Positions 35,229 to 48,830 of a stretch of DNA of 64,000 nt are shown in pieces. The DNA lies in assembly GCA_965240325.2 (NCBI GenBank), contig OZ251225.1, positions 1,984,001 through 2,048,000 of the forward strand, given 5' to 3'. Positions within the stretch are counted from its first letter, which is position 1. Each line of letters opens with the position of its first letter. The translations under genes and the position numbers were made by a program. The stretch is from Rebecca billardiae RCC1528 (Eukaryota; Protista; Haptophyta). A model generated the notes under the pieces. The model was not told where the DNA came from, did no database searches, and was given only the letters and a program-made list of their open reading frames with translations.

Positions 35229-35864
35229 CTACTAACGACGTGGTATGCAACGGCCAGGCGTCAGAGTCAGCAAGCTGTAGCAGCAGATCGAGCAGCAGAG
35301 ACAAACACCAGGATCAGCGCTCCTCGCCGTCGTCCCCCCCCTCTCAGTCGCCCATCACTCCATCGCCGAGCGGAAGCTCGACCGACTTATAAGTACTTTA
35401 ATATATTTAACGACGTGGTATGCAACCGGCAAGCGTCAGGCTATACTGAATTCGGATTCATTATTTTCGGGTCGATCACTCGTCGTCGTAGCTATAATTA
35501 ATGATGATGTCAAAGTCGTCTATATATAACTGATGAGCAATTAGAGCATCATCGATCTAACTACGTCTACCGCCACTCACTCACAGCTACTCTACCGTAC
35601 GACACACTAGCTTGTGAATGTCAGTGACGTACTGCCACGCAGCCTCAGACTGGGACCAGAGGAGTAGTTACTGTAGCCTCACTAAGTACTGACACTAAGT
35701 ACGCCGACACGGTACGCGCGCCGTGCGCCTACGTGCCCGTCTTAGAAGTTACTGCACGTCGTATCGTCCGCCCTCCGATGTAGCCGACCGCAGCAGGCCG
35801 ACGATGAAGCAAGGATGAATGGGGTGGACGGTATGCACAGCGTCGCAGACCGTCGCAGCGGGGC

Positions 35865-36488
35865 TCATGATCCCTCCGACGCCTCGTTGAGCAGCGTGGC
35901 GCGCGCGAGGACGTAGATGCTTGCGGGCTTGATGCCCGACTGCGCGTACAGGACGCGGAAGTCTTCGTCCATGTACGTATGCCGCCAGATGCCGACCTGG
36001 GAGAGCGGCTTGTCCTTCACGAGCGGCAGCCCGAGCACTGAGAACGAGATCGACTGGAACGTTACCTTCCACGTGCTCGTGTCCTCCACGTCCCACGTCG
36101 CCTTCAGCTCACCCTTCACAAGGTCGGCGTCGCCCGGCCCGAGGAGCACGAGGTTGGAGTACGCGCGGGTGGGAGGGAAGTCGTCGAAGCGCTGCTGCAC
36201 GCGCCCGACGAATGGGCCCAGCCGGCCCGCCGAAGAGCTCGACGTGTCGGTGTACACCAGCTCCCAACATCCAGCGACAAGCGGCGACTCCGACACATCT
36301 GGCGTGGGGTTCTGCTCCTCGAGGAGATGGGTGAGCGCGACGATCTGCGCGGCCGTGCCCGGGTCTGCAGTCACGCCGTTGTCCGTGCCGCGCGCGAGCT
36401 TAATGATGGACCGCTTGATCGGCACCACGCTCGCATGACCGGCCGAGGCGAGCAGGAGCGTGATATGCGCGATCGCGACCGCCGCCAT
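35865..36488 (-). CDS. PAP/fibrillin-domain protein with N-terminal signal peptide (probably plastid-targeted)
   Basis: IKRSIIKLARGTDNG..LEEQNPTP...VAGCWELVYT...WRHTYMDEDFRV..IYVLAR; hydrophobic N-terminus. Confidence 0.85.
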   Translation of the reverse strand: MAAVAIAHITLLLASAGHASVVPIKRSIIKLARGTDNGVTADPGTAAQIVALTHLLEEQNPTPDVSESPLVAGCWELVYTDTSSSSAGRLGPFVGRVQQRFDDFPPTRAYSNLVLLGPGDADLVKGELKATWDVEDTSTWKVTFQSISFSVLGLPLVKDKPLSQVGIWRHTYMDEDFRVLYAQSGIKPASIYVLARATLLNEASEGS

Positions 36489-36918
36489 GATCGGCCGGGA
36501 AAAACGCGACGACGTCGAGGACGCGGGAATAAAAAAAGACCGCCCTTGACAGCGCTCTGGACTCACTTGAGGTGGGGGGGCCGCGTGGATACACGCGTGA
36601 GGTGCCCTGCTATGGTAGCCTGCATATCATAATAACCGAGCGCGCGGTTATCACTATAAGTCATCTCACCGTTGTCCGTTGCTCGGCCTCGGGCGCTGCC
36701 GTGCGCGCACCACGCGCCGGCTGATCAACATTGAATCAACGATCATGATGTGACTCGTGTAAGAGTCAGCTGCACGTCAGTAGAGTAAGAGTAGTAGGCT
36801 CCGCTACGACTACTACAGTTTACTAAGAATAACTGAGACGCACACAGCTCAGGCAGGCGAGATACAGTATGTAAGTTGTAAAAGAGTGACGACGACAGAC
36901 TGTCGACTCACTGAATAT

Positions 36919-38502
36919 GACCGCGTTCCGCGGTCCTTTTCCGTAGAACGAACGTAGTTCAGGGCCCGCGGTGGCGGTGCACCCTCCATCGCAGTCGTCT
37001 ATTGACAGACCCGGAGTTGCATGCCCGTACAACTAGACTCCAGCGGCGCGCCGCCGCCCGCCGCGCCGGGCGCGGGCCCATCGCACTTCGCAGCCGCCGG
37101 CGCGGCGCCGATTGTGTACTACAGGCGGATGCGACGAGGCGTGATCGACGCATGAGCGCGACTCCACGTGCACGCCAGGCCACGCGAAGCTGACAGCCAG
37201 GGAGCACGGTGCGGGGCCGCGGATTCGTTCGGGCCGCTGCTGCTGACTGACCGCTGTGGCGCTGTCCCGCGGGTCACCGCGCACCGACCGGCAGCGCCAG
37301 GATAGTAGATGATTTGCACTGGTCCGAGTAGGGTTCGACCAGCGCCTGCGCGACGGCCGACAGGCGGGCGCGAGGCGTGATCGACGCATGAGCGCAACTC
37401 TACGTGCACGCCAGGCCACGCGGAGCTGACAGCCCGAGGGAGCACGGTGCCGAGGTCGGAGGTGCGAGCGGGCACCAGTGTCCAGTCACGGATCGTTCGC
37501 GCACGCCGCGCGTGCACGGGCTGACACACCTCGATCAGGCTCGGCACGCGTTGCAGAGGCACAGCCAGCTCTGGGGACGTCACGCACCACCGTCGCCCGC
37601 GCAGCTCGTCCTCCTCGTAGAGTACCGTTCAGTTCCGAGGCGTAGCCCTCGCTCAGCGTCGACCGTCGACGATGTCAGACTCGGATCGTCGGCGCTCTCC
37701 GGAAAGGCATGGCAAGGGCGGCGCGTGGTGAAGTCGAAGACTCAGAGATCGATCAGTCCGGCATCAGGCGCCGCTGCCCCCGAGCTTGCGAGAGCCCGAA
37801 TACAGGGCGGCTGCCGCGGCGCGGCCGCCGGGCGCCCCGGCGACCGGGCGCCGGCGGCCGCGCGCAGGCATCGACACGGGGCGGCGGGGGCGCGCGGAGT
37901 GAGCGGGGGCACGAACGCGATGTCGACGGCAGTCGGGACCCGCCGCAGCCGCGCGCTCCAGGCGCCACTCGCCGCGCGCACCTGCCCATCGCCGTCCTCA
38001 CCCGTCGGCCGCTCGTGGCTGGCGCCTCCTGAGCTCCTGTCGTCGCCGCAGCCGCGACAAACGCGGGCCGCACACGCCGCGCGCCGCGCCCCCTCCGGCT
38101 CCGAATACGGATAGCTGCGGCGGGTATTTTCAATCTCTCGCACTATTGGAGTTGGTTGGACGATTATGTCAACGGTCGTTCTTGGCATCTTGCAGCGGCG
38201 AGGCCATATTATTTTACTATGGTCACACTACATTAAGGAGAGTCTACCCACAATTACCCTGCCTCGCACAGTTGGGCGCGGGTTTCGTTGATTCCTCTGT
38301 TCACTATTCAAGACGGCGGACGCGCCCTTTTTCGACGAGGATGCACCTGTAAGGGAGTCTCAAAATTCGAAACTCGGTCTCCTCCAGCCCTGAAAATCGT
38401 CCCCCGTCCCTTTTTTCTTTGATCAAAGATCTTTTTGAAACGTGGTTCGGGCCCGCTGGTGCGGGCTCCACGCTGCGCGCTCCGCCCTGCACCGCGGGCC
38501 AT
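36919..38502 (-). mobile_element. Family-1 Helitron2-like element, copy 3 (inverted)
   Basis: Hairpin at 36919-36935, sub-TIR at 36963-36973, 5' TIR at 38490-38500; interior colinear with 23122-24743. Confidence 0.7.
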
Positions 38503-38803
38503 GATCGTCGTGCCGCTGCTGAGTCGACGGTGAGTCGACACCGGAGTCTGCTGTCTCTATAGTCTCCACACGGCAGAGTCGTGCTGTGTTGAGTGCAGCG
38601 CAGGGACCAGTAGGCCACAGCAACATCAGGTGCTGCACCGCTCTAGTGCTGCCAATATGCCAGCAAGCGCCGCGACAGCAATAATAAATATCAACATCAC
38701 TGTCATTATTTTTTAGGCGGGCAAGCTTATTATCGCACGGCTAATTCGAAGCTGATTAGAGTGATGCTGTCGCTTATAATATTTCATAATTATAAATAAA
38801 TAC

Positions 38804-38960
<157 letters not shown>

Positions 38961-39178
38961 AACTGCGCATGCATAGCACTGATGACGTCGTCGCGCGACA
39001 GATATTATTATAATATATTATTTGAATTAACTTCGTCGATCGTCTGCTATTGCTAATGACTAATCTCACATCTGTCGCAGATTCGGCAGCCAACCGCAGA
39101 GCTGAGCACCGCTACTGAATAACAGCTATAAGCCGTTACAAGCGGGCTCAGCCGCGTCACTCGGCCAGACGGTCGTCA

Positions 39179-42100
39179 TCAGACAATGCTGGTCCCGGCG
39201 GCGGCGTCGGCTGCGGTGTCACTCAGCCGGTGGTTCGCGTCGGACTTATTCGCCTCGTCGACCATCTCTTCCACCGCGCGCTGCACGGTGGGCAGCAGCG
39301 CGCGCACCTCCGAGTTGGCGCGCGTGACGGTCGTCAGCTCGATGGCGTGCGCAAGCGCGCGGCTCGCACCGCCGGCGCTGCCGCGCAGCTCGGGCGCGCC
39401 GCCGGGCGAGGCGCTCGTCCACATCACGTGGAACGCGTCGATGGCGGAGACGACGGCGCGGCGCGCGTCGGCGCTCGCGCCGATGACCAGAACGTCGATG
39501 TCGGCGGGGGTGCCGCCGGTCGCGTGCCAAGCGACCAGCCGGCCGGCGCAGCCCACGTCCTCGGCGAAGCGCGGGCCGACCACGCAGAGCAGCCGGCGCG
39601 CGCGGCACATGGCGACCACCTCGTGCGCGAGCTGCTGCCGCGCGTCGAGGATCGGGTCTGCGCACAGCTCGTCCAGCCACACCGTCGGCGCGTCCCCGGT
39701 GCGCGCGGCGTGCTCGAGCGCCCATGTGCGCAGCGCGTGCAGCCGCGCGCCCGGCGCGTCGGCGCGCGAGTGCACGACGAGCCACTCGACTGCGTGCGGC
39801 TGCTGCGCGCGGTCCACCGAGTCCACGCGCGTCGTCGCGAAGTGCGACGTCAGGCTGAACCCGCGGAGTCTCAGCGCGCCCCGCGCCGCTGCGCTCGCAA
39901 GGTGCGCCGTCGGCCGCGCGAGCACGGCGCCCGAATGCAGCCTAGGCGCGGCGCGAGCGGAGCCGACGGTCGCCCACGCCGAGCGATCGCTCAAGTCGGC
40001 GGCCACGCCGTCCAGATCGCCGGCCCTGATCGGGCGGCCGCCAGCAACGTCGTCGGCGGCGGCGTCGCCCCTGCTGTGCGCCGCTCGGCGCAGCCGCGCG
40101 CGCCACCCGCCGCCGCCACCGAAGCTGCCCAAGCCTGTTGCGGCGGTTGGCGCGTGGTGGAGCCGCAGCGCTCGCAGCAAGCGCGCGTCGAGCGGAGCCC
40201 CGTGGAGCGCGCGCAGCGCCTCGGGCACGAGCCGCGCGGGCTCCACCGCCTCCCCCGAGCCGAAGCCCACAAGCGGGGCGAGAGCGACCGCAAGGCCTTC
40301 GCGGTGCGCGCACGCGGTCCAAGCCAGCAGCGCTTGCGCGCGCGTGCGCGCGCGAGGCGCGAGCGTGGCGGCACCCAGCAGCAGGAGCAGCGTCGAGCGC
40401 AGTGCAACGAACGGCATCAGCGCGGCGCCCTGCGCGACGCCCGCGTCGCGCTCCTGCAAGCAGCGCGAGAACACGAGCACGGCGGCCGGCAGGCCGATGA
40501 CCGCGACCTGCGCCACGACGAACGCCCAGAGCGCTCGCTGACGCACAGCCTGCCGCTGAGTGCCTCCGAGCGCGTGCGCGCGTGCCCACGCGGCGCCCAG
40601 CCACAGCACTCCGCAGGTGCAGAAGATGAAGATGGCGCAGAGGTGAGCAGCGTTTGCCGCCCACATCGCGGGCGTGGGCGGCGCGCTCCCGCAGAACGTC
40701 ATCGCGCCCGGCTCGCGCCGCAGTTGCGCTGGGATCGCCCTGAGCAGGCTGAAGGGACGGACGAGGAAACTTGCCGTGAGCGCAAGCGCGACAGTGTTTG
40801 TCGCGCGCGCGAACGACGCAATCGGCTGCAGCGCGAGCACGGCCAGCACGGCCGCCAGCAGCTGCAAGGACCCGCCCGAGAGACCGACCATCTGATGAAG
40901 CGCGCGGCCCTCCACGTCCGCCGCGGCCGGCTGCGGCGTCGAAACGGCCCAGAGCAACGCACTGACACAGAGCGCGCCGAGCAGCGCCGAGCTGACAGCA
41001 GCGACGCGCGTCACGCGCTGCAGGCGGCCGTGTGCGTCCGTCAGCGCCTGGTCGAGGAGAGCGACGATGGCCGCCGGCTCGAGCACGTCGCCCTCGCGCT
41101 TGCGCGCGGCGGGCACCGACGGCACGCCGCTGCGCGCCGCCGTGCCGCGCATGACGCGCGCCGCATGACGCGCACCGGTGGGCGCGTGCCGCGACGCACC
41201 GGGCGGCGCGCGCGCGGGCTCGGGCGCGCGCTCCGCGTCGGCGCCAGCGCCCTCGGCGGCGGCGGTGGCAGCGGGCTCGACCTGGGCTCGCGAGCCATGG
41301 GACCTCTCGTCGCGCGAGGGCTTGCGCGCCACGCCGCCCGGGTCGCCCATCAGCTGACGGTTGACGGGCAGCGGTGGCGCGGTGGCGAGCACAACGTCGT
41401 CTGCGCGCGAGCCGAGAGCGGCGCATGCGCGCAGCGCAGGAGTGGGCGCGCGCGCAGCCGGCAGTCAGGGCACCGCTGCCGCAGCGCAGCGGTGCGGCCG
41501 CGAGCCGCGGCACGCGGCGCGGCGAGCCGGCCAGGCGTGCGCGCCATCCGGCGCGGCGCAGTGCGGTGCGCGGCGCGCGGTACGCGGCGCGCGTGGTGAT
41601 GTGCGCGGCGCGCGGTGCGCGGCGCGCGGTGCTGCCGGTGCATGCTTCTTACGATACACATGTCGCAGCATCTCAATCACAGCCTCCGCGCCGATGCCAT
41701 GCTCGGCGCTGAGGAAGAGCGCGTGTGCCGCCGGCGGCGCGGATGGTGACAGCCGCAGCTCGGCGCGGGCACAGCGCGCGAACGGCTCCGAGAGCGGAGC
41801 GGGCAGTGCGCTCATCAGCGTCACGACTGCGGTGCACGGCGCACGCGCGGCACAACGGGCGCGCGCGCCGCGGCGGCCCGGCAGCGTGCGGCGGTCAGCG
41901 GAACGCGCGCACGCCGGGGATCAAGGGCATGGCGGCATCGCACGGCGCTGCTCGCGCACAGGCGCGCGTCGCGCGCTCGCTTGCGCGAGGTGCGCGAGCG
42001 CGCGAGGCGCGCCCAGAGTGTGCTGGCGCGACGGGAGTGTGCTGGCGCGAGTGCGCGATGTGCGCGCGTGACACACACACGCGCAGGTGCGCCCACCGTC

Positions 42101-42560
42101 ATAGGGCTTGATGTACCCGTTGAGGTGCGGCACGATGTCGGCGGTGCCGTCGAGGTGCTCGAAGCCCGCCGCATCAAAGGCCTCCGCGTCCACGCCGCAG
42201 AACGTCTCAAAGTACCACGCCTTGGAGCAGCGCGCGGGCAGCCTGCCCTCGCACAGCTTCTTCCAGAGGCCCTCGAGGCCGAGGAACTGCGCGTCTGCCA
42301 GGTAGCGCATCACGTGCGAGTGCGTGCGCGTGGCGAAGGAGCGGGCGAGCTGCATGGGGAGCAGCGGCGTCGCGTGCCGGCTCACCACCGTGAGCGGCAG
42401 CCCCCGCCCGAAGCAAAAGTCGTACACCGCCTGCGCGCCACGCACGTCAAAGTTGCTGTTGGTCGACGTGTCGGCGATCCAGCGCTGTGCCGCCTCGTCG
42501 TACTCGAGGCCGGCCTGCACGGCGACGACTCCGCCAACACTCCACTCCGCCAACAGCTCT
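39179..42560 (-). CDS. Spliced gene: partial XopQ/HopQ1-like nucleoside-hydrolase-fold domain + ~6-7 TM helices + degenerate TIR-like C-terminal domain; 5' end unresolved
   Basis: Introns 42096-41827 (GTGGGC..CAG) and 41652-41401 (GTAAG..CAG) join three ORFs in frame: ...KPYD|VVTLMSAL...HVY|HDVVLATAPP...; no in-frame ATG upstream of the domain before a TGA near 42630. Confidence 0.6.
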
Positions 42561-42980
42561 CGCGAACTTACACCGACAGGAATCAGGATTCCAAAAATTC
42601 CATGATGCGGCCCGCTCCGACGCGCCCGTCATTGTCACCGGGCCCGTGCCGCGTGCGCGGTGCAAGCAGTGTCCCGTGAGTCCGACGGCGACAGGTGCCG
42701 TCAGGCCTGTAGTCTAGTGTCGTCTGAGTAGCACTGTCTCGTGCAATCCGAAAATAGGCACCAGAGGTTTGACTCATGACTGTGTCGGTCGGCGTCGCCC
42801 CGGGCCGGCAGCTGCCGCCCGCGGCGGCGGCCCGCGGGAGTCCGAGGCCCGGAGACGGTGATCCGACTCCGAGTCCGAGCCCGGCGCTCGACGCGCGACC
42901 TGTCACCGTATCCGCCGTATGAGACAGGAGAGTGTAAGATGTCCGACGCGCCGGCCGCACATCGTCGTTGCTGGGCGGAG

Positions 42981-45177
42981 TCAGCCGTCGCCGTGCGAGC
43001 GCTGATGCTCGCGCAGCTGCGCCAGCGTGACGATCAGCTTGGCGTGGCACGTCGGGCACGTCCAGTGGCGCGCCATGTGCTCACTGAAGCCGCTGCGCTC
43101 GTTGCCGCCCTCGGCGTCGGCGCGGGGCGCGGGCGCGCGGGCTGCCGACGCGCCCGCGCCGTGCCCTGGCGGGCCTGCCACCGGCGCCACGCCCGCTGCC
43201 GGCTGCTCGTGCCGCGGCCGAGCCGGCGGCGCGGCGAGCGCTCCCCAGCGCAGCCAGACCGCCACGTCCACACCGCGCGGCACCCTGTCCAGGCAGGCGT
43301 CTACCGCGGCGCGGTCGCCGCCCGCGGCCATCACGTCCGTCTGCAGCGCGTCCGCCTCCGCCTGCGCCAGCCGCAGCAGCCCGATCACCGCGGCCGGCCG
43401 CACCGGCCGCGGCGCGTCGCCGGCCGTGCGCGCGCAGAGGAACGCCTCGAGCTGCGCGCGCAGCGATTCAGGCTCGGCGCCGAAGGGCAGAGGGTCGGCG
43501 GCGCGCGCGATGTGCGCGATGGGCGCGGGCATCGAGCGCAGCGCGTCCTCGCGCGGCGCGCGCGGGTGCTGTGCCGCGATCGCGGCCGCGTCCGCCTCGT
43601 CCGCGCGCGCGTCCTCACGCGCACCCCCGCTCACCGCGCGCGCCCCGGAGCACACAGAGTTGCCTGAGCGGCCGCCGTCGTCGCGCGCGGCCGCCGAGCC
43701 GCGCGCGCGCTTGCGCCCGCCACCGCGTCGGGAGTCGGCGGGCTCCGGGCCGTCGTCCGCGCCACCGTCGTCCGCGCCCAGGCCGCCCTCAGCGGTGGCG
43801 GCGCGCACCGCGCGGGCCAGCTCGAGCTGCAGAGCCAGCCGCAACTCATGCGCGCGGAGCAGCAGCTGAGCGCACCCGCCGCTGCCGTGGCGCGCGGCGC
43901 GCGGCGCCGCCGCAGTCGCGCGCGCGGCAGCTGCCGTCGGCGCTTGGTCAGCGGCCGGTGCGCGCGGCGCCTGCGCCCGCTGCCCGTCCTCCCCCCGCGG
44001 GTCCGCACGCGCCGCGTCGCGTGGGCTGTGCACCTCGCGCTCGGCCTCGAGCTCGCGCAACTCGGGAGCGCGCGGCCCGAGATCGGCCTCCAGATCGAGA
44101 TCGGCCTCGAGATCGAAGAGCAGCCAATCATCGATCAGCAGCCGGCGGCAGCATTCGCTCGTCTCCACGCGGCCGGCGGCGAGGAGGAGCGAGGGCAGCG
44201 CGCGCGTGGGCACCGCGCCGAGCACGTACGGCCGCGTGGTGTGCAGCACGCTCGCGTAGCCGTACGCGCGCGCGCCGCCGCCGCCGCCACTGCCGCCGCC
44301 GCCATCGCCGCCGCCGCGCGGCGCGGGCGCGCGCAGCGGTTCACCCCACAGCGCCGACGACGGGTGCACGCGCGCGTCCACGCCGTGTCGGGTGCAGAGC
44401 AGCTGCTCGGCGGGCGGGAGCGAGCCGTTCGCCGCGTGCGCGACGGCGACGTTGGGGTAGCACGCGGCGAAGAGCGCGTGCCGCAGCAGCGCCTCCGCCG
44501 CGCCATCGCTGCCGTCGGCATCGGCGGCAGCGCCCGTGCGGCCATGCGCGGCCGCGGCCGCGCCGCCGTCCACGCCATGTGCCGCCGCCGCGCGGAGCGC
44601 GCCGCCGCCCGCGCGCATGAGCTGCGCGTGGCGGAACGCGACGCCCGCCAGGGCAGATTCGTCCTCCTCCGCCTCCTCGCCCCCCGCCTCCGCCTCCTCG
44701 CCGCCGCCCATCCCAGCGGCAAGCCCAGTCAGCTCGCCGTCGGCGCCGCGCGCCAACACAAGCGGCCGCGCGCGCCCGAGTGTGTCCAAGTCGCGCGCCG
44801 ACCGCAGCGCGCCGAGCTCGGCGGCGCTGATCGAGGTGCGCGGCGCGCGGCGCGCGGCGCTCGCGCGCGCGCCCGCGCGCGCGCAGAGCACGCGCAGCTG
44901 CCGCCGCAGCTGCAGCTCGAGCTGGCACGCGTCGTACAACTTCACCTCGTCGAGCGCGCGCGCGCGGCACCAAGCGCGGCCCGCGGCGCCGCCCGCGCGC
45001 GCCGCCACGATGGCGGAGGGCGCGGGCGCGCCGCCGCGTGGCGCGGGGCCGGCGCCGCCCGCGCGCCCTTCGACGACCGCGAGCCACTTGGCGCGCAGCT
45101 CGAGCAGGCACAGCGCGTCGCCGCGCGAGCGGTCGCCCAGGGCCGCGTCCCTCGCGCGCGCCACAGGCTCTGCCAGT

Positions 45178-45246
<69 letters not shown>

Positions 45247-47228
45247 AGCAAGGGAGACGGGACGGAGATGAGGGCGCTGGCGCCGAGCGCGGCGTCGAGG
45301 CAGCCGAGCGCGGCGCCGAGCGCGCACAGCCGGCCGACGAGCGGCTCGACTGGCAGGAACGCGAGGAACGTGCCCAGTGCCGTCAGCGTCTCGTCGTCGA
45401 CGTCGCCTGCCGTCGCGCCCGCCGCGCGCAGCGCGCGCTCGGCCGCGCGCGCCGCGCGCCGCGGCGGCGGGTCGAGAAACGGAAAGGACTCGAGGCGGCC
45501 GCGGAAGCCGAGCGCGCGCACGTGGAGGAGCACGCCCTCGGGCGGGACGCGGCGCACCTCCGGCGGCTCGTGCGCCGCCATCCCCTCCAGCTCCGCGCGC
45601 GAGTACAGCCGGAACGCCAGCCCAGGCCCGGTGCGGCCGGCGCGCCCCGCGCGCTGCGCCGCCGCCGCCTGTGAGATCCAAGCCGTCGCGAGCGTGCGGA
45701 CCGCGCCCGCCGCCTGGTGGGACATCACCTTGCCCAGCCCGCAGTCGATGACGAAGCGCACGCCGGGGATCGTCACCGACGTCTCGGCGATGTTCGTCGC
45801 GAGCACCAGCTTGCGCACGCCCGGCGGCGCCGGCCGGAACGCCGCCGCCTGCTCGTCGGCCGAGAGAGAACCGTGCAACGCTACTAGCACCCACCGGCCG
45901 GCGCGCGCCGCGTATGGCGCGAGCGTATCTCGGAGGGCGGAGATCTCGCGCGCGCCGGGGAGGAAGCAGAGGCAGTCCCCGCGCTCGGCGCGCGGCGTGC
46001 TCTCGTCGATCCGCTGCAGCAGGTGCACGTACCGCGCGGGCGCGAGCAGCTCGCCGATGCGTGACGGGTGCAGCCGGCGGTTGGCGCCGCCGCCGGCCTC
46101 AGCGCCGCCGTCATCGCCGCCGCCGCCGCCGCCGCCGCGTGCCGCGCCGTGCGCGAGCGACGGGCGCCCTCGCCGCCCATCCGCGCCGTTGGGCACGCCC
46201 ACGTGCTCGATCGCCACCGGGAACGAGCGGCCGGGCACCGTGACCAGCGCCGGCTCCGCGCCGGTCCCCTCGCGCAAGTAAGCGCAGAGCGCGCTCGCGT
46301 CCAGAGTAGCTGACATCAGCAGCAGCCGCGCGCGCGGTCGGTGGGCGAGCATCTGGCGGCAGACGGCGAGGAGCAGGTCGGTCGCGACGTGCCGCTCGTG
46401 CACCTCGTCGAGCACCACCACCTCGTGCCGCCGCAGCGCCGGGTCCGCCACCGCCTCGCGCAGGAGGATTCCCTCAGTGACGAAGCACAGGGCGGCGCGC
46501 GGCCCGGCGGTCGAGTCGAAGCGGACGACGTGGCCGACGGAGCCGCGCGGCTCGCGGAGGGCCTCGGCACCGACGCGCCGCGCGAGCGAGATCGCCGCGA
46601 GCCGGCGCGGCTGCGTCACCACCACGTGGCGGTACCCCGCCCGCAGCAGCATCTGTGGCACCTGCGTCGATTTCCCAGAGCCCGTCTCCGCCTGCACAAT
46701 AACTATTTGGTGGTCGCGCACCGCGGAGAGGATGGCGGGCTCGGCGGCGGAGACGGGCAGGGCGAGGCGCGAGGCGCGCAGCGCGCGCAACGACTCCAGG
46801 CCCGCGCGCTGCGCAAAGTCCTCGTACAGCAGCGCCGTCTCGCGCGCGGCCGCGGCCGTCGCCTCGCTCAGACCGCGCGGCCGCCGCCCGCTCGGCTCGG
46901 GCGCGAGCGCAAAGTTGACGCGGTAGCGCGGCGCGTACGTCGCGGGAAGGCCGAGCGCGGCGACTCGCTCGGCGATGCTCGCGCTGGCGGGCGCGGGGCC
47001 GGTGCGCGCGCGCGCCGGCGCGGCCGGCGCCGGCGCGGCCGGACGCGCGGCCGGCCCCGGCCCCGGCGCGGCCGTCGCTGCGGCTGCGCTGGCACGCTCA
47101 CGAGCGGCGCGCACGCCCTCGAGCTTGCGCGCAAACTCGGCAAAGTCCTCCGCACACTCGCGCGGAAAGAGCCCGCCGTCGCCGCACACGTACTCCACGG
47201 CTGCAGCCTCGTCGTCGCGCCCCGTCAT
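42981..47228 (-). CDS. DHX34: DHX34-like DEAH-box RNA helicase (NMD factor), full length
   Basis: Motifs AETGSGKST, TQPRR, DEVH, SAT, TNIAETSVT, QRAGRAGR; DHX34-type N-terminus LPATYAPRYRVN..LLYEDFAQR and C-terminal CxxC..H..H finger. Confidence 0.88.
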
Positions 47229-47319
47229 CGCTCCATCATCTATCAGACTATCACCGTCATTGTTGCGGGACGGCAGCCATCCTGGCCGGCCGCCGGCGAA
47301 GCTGGTGAGCACATCAAGC

Positions 47320-48830
47320 CACCGCTAACCACTGGGGACACGGCACCCAGGGTCGGAGAAAATCGGCGCGCTTTTTATTTCCGCCTTGCATTTATTCAGC
47401 CGCGCGCTGCGCGGCGGACGCGCGCGTCTCGGGCGAGCGGGCGACGGCGCCGCGCTCCCGTGCGTGTGGACGATCCCGCGAGCGCAGAGCCGGCGAGCTA
47501 GGCTGGGCAGTCGTGCTGAAGTGCCATTCGCCGCTTCGCGCCGCGCATCGCATTCGGCTGTACTTGCCTCGGGCCAGCACTTGTCTGTGCACACCGCCAC
47601 ACGGCCAGCCTCGCCCGCGTGCGCCATGCGAGGCGAGACACACACAGAGCATGCGCTTCCGCGCGGCGAGGCCTACGCTGTACGCACTGCGCTACCTTGC
47701 GCCGCCGCGCATGAGCGCGGGTCCGAACAGCTGCGTTCAGGTGTGCTGATTGCATCATTCATGCGAGCCGATTGGTCGAACAAGCGCTCTGGCCCGACGA
47801 TGACGTTGCAGCGCACGCCATGCTGATATGCGGTGACGCGGAGCATGTGCGCTCGCGCGGAGTGGCCACACACGTGACCGCTGTCCAGCTCTGCCCCGGC
47901 ATTGAACTCCCTGACTCGTGCTCCGACGTCAATCTTGGCCCGAGCTAGTACGTGCATGCATGCGTGCTGATGCAGAATATACCTGAACGAGGCCCATGAT
48001 GGCCTGCGTGTATGTGCCTCCTCGGATGACATGGCGCGTGTATGAATGTGTGTATACTACCTTGTCAAGCAGTAGCTCACGTCTGGACGTTCGTGTCGAA
48101 CTTGACGGTGCGCATCGTGCACACACGGTCAGCCTTGATAGACGCACCCGTGCAGCCGGAAGGCAGCATCAGCCTGCCTAAGACGTGAGCATCCAGCCCC
48201 GACGCCGCTTCCGGTGCCTGAATGGCGCGCGCTCCTTTCACGCGGGAATGTACTCACTACATCACTATCCAGAAGGGCGCATGTCAGTGCTTTGCATGCT
48301 CACACGACCCTCGCCGTAGGTCGATGCCAACCGCTGCGTGATGCTCGATCATGCCTTTTGACGGCTGTGTGACCCGTGCAGATGCGTATGCCAGGCAGCG
48401 TACTGTGACGAGCGATGCCGCGTGCATAAACTACCTGGACATTGCCCAGTGCAACCAAGTGCCGGACGCCGACGCCGCTGCTCGCGGCACGCGTGCAGTC
48501 AGCCGAGGAATGCACACAACTTCCTTGTTGGTGCGGCGCACGCGATGGCCTGAGGCGCGGCGGATGCAGTGATTCCGAACGGCGAGCGGTGGAACGACGC
48601 AAATGGCTGCTCTTCAGCCGCGCTCAACCACGCGCACCGCCTTCGCGGGCACGCAACTACCGCAGGAGGGCGCGCAGTCGGCGCCCATCTCGCCCCTCCA
48701 GCGCCGCCCAGCGCGCTGTCAGCGCAGCCGCCAGCGGCAGAGGTTGGTGGTGCTCTGACGGCATCACCAACATATTCGGAAAAGAAAATCCCCACCCGAA
48801 ATTCCTGCGCCCAGTGGGACCTTTGATCGG
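47320..48830. mobile_element. 1.5-kb insertion between DHX34 and EsV-1-7 copy B
   Basis: Absent from cassettes A, C and D (empty site CACATC-AAGC-TGCC in A and D); AAGC on both sides (47316-19, 48831-34); degenerate inverted ends containing CCACTGGG / CCCAGTGG. Confidence 0.6.
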
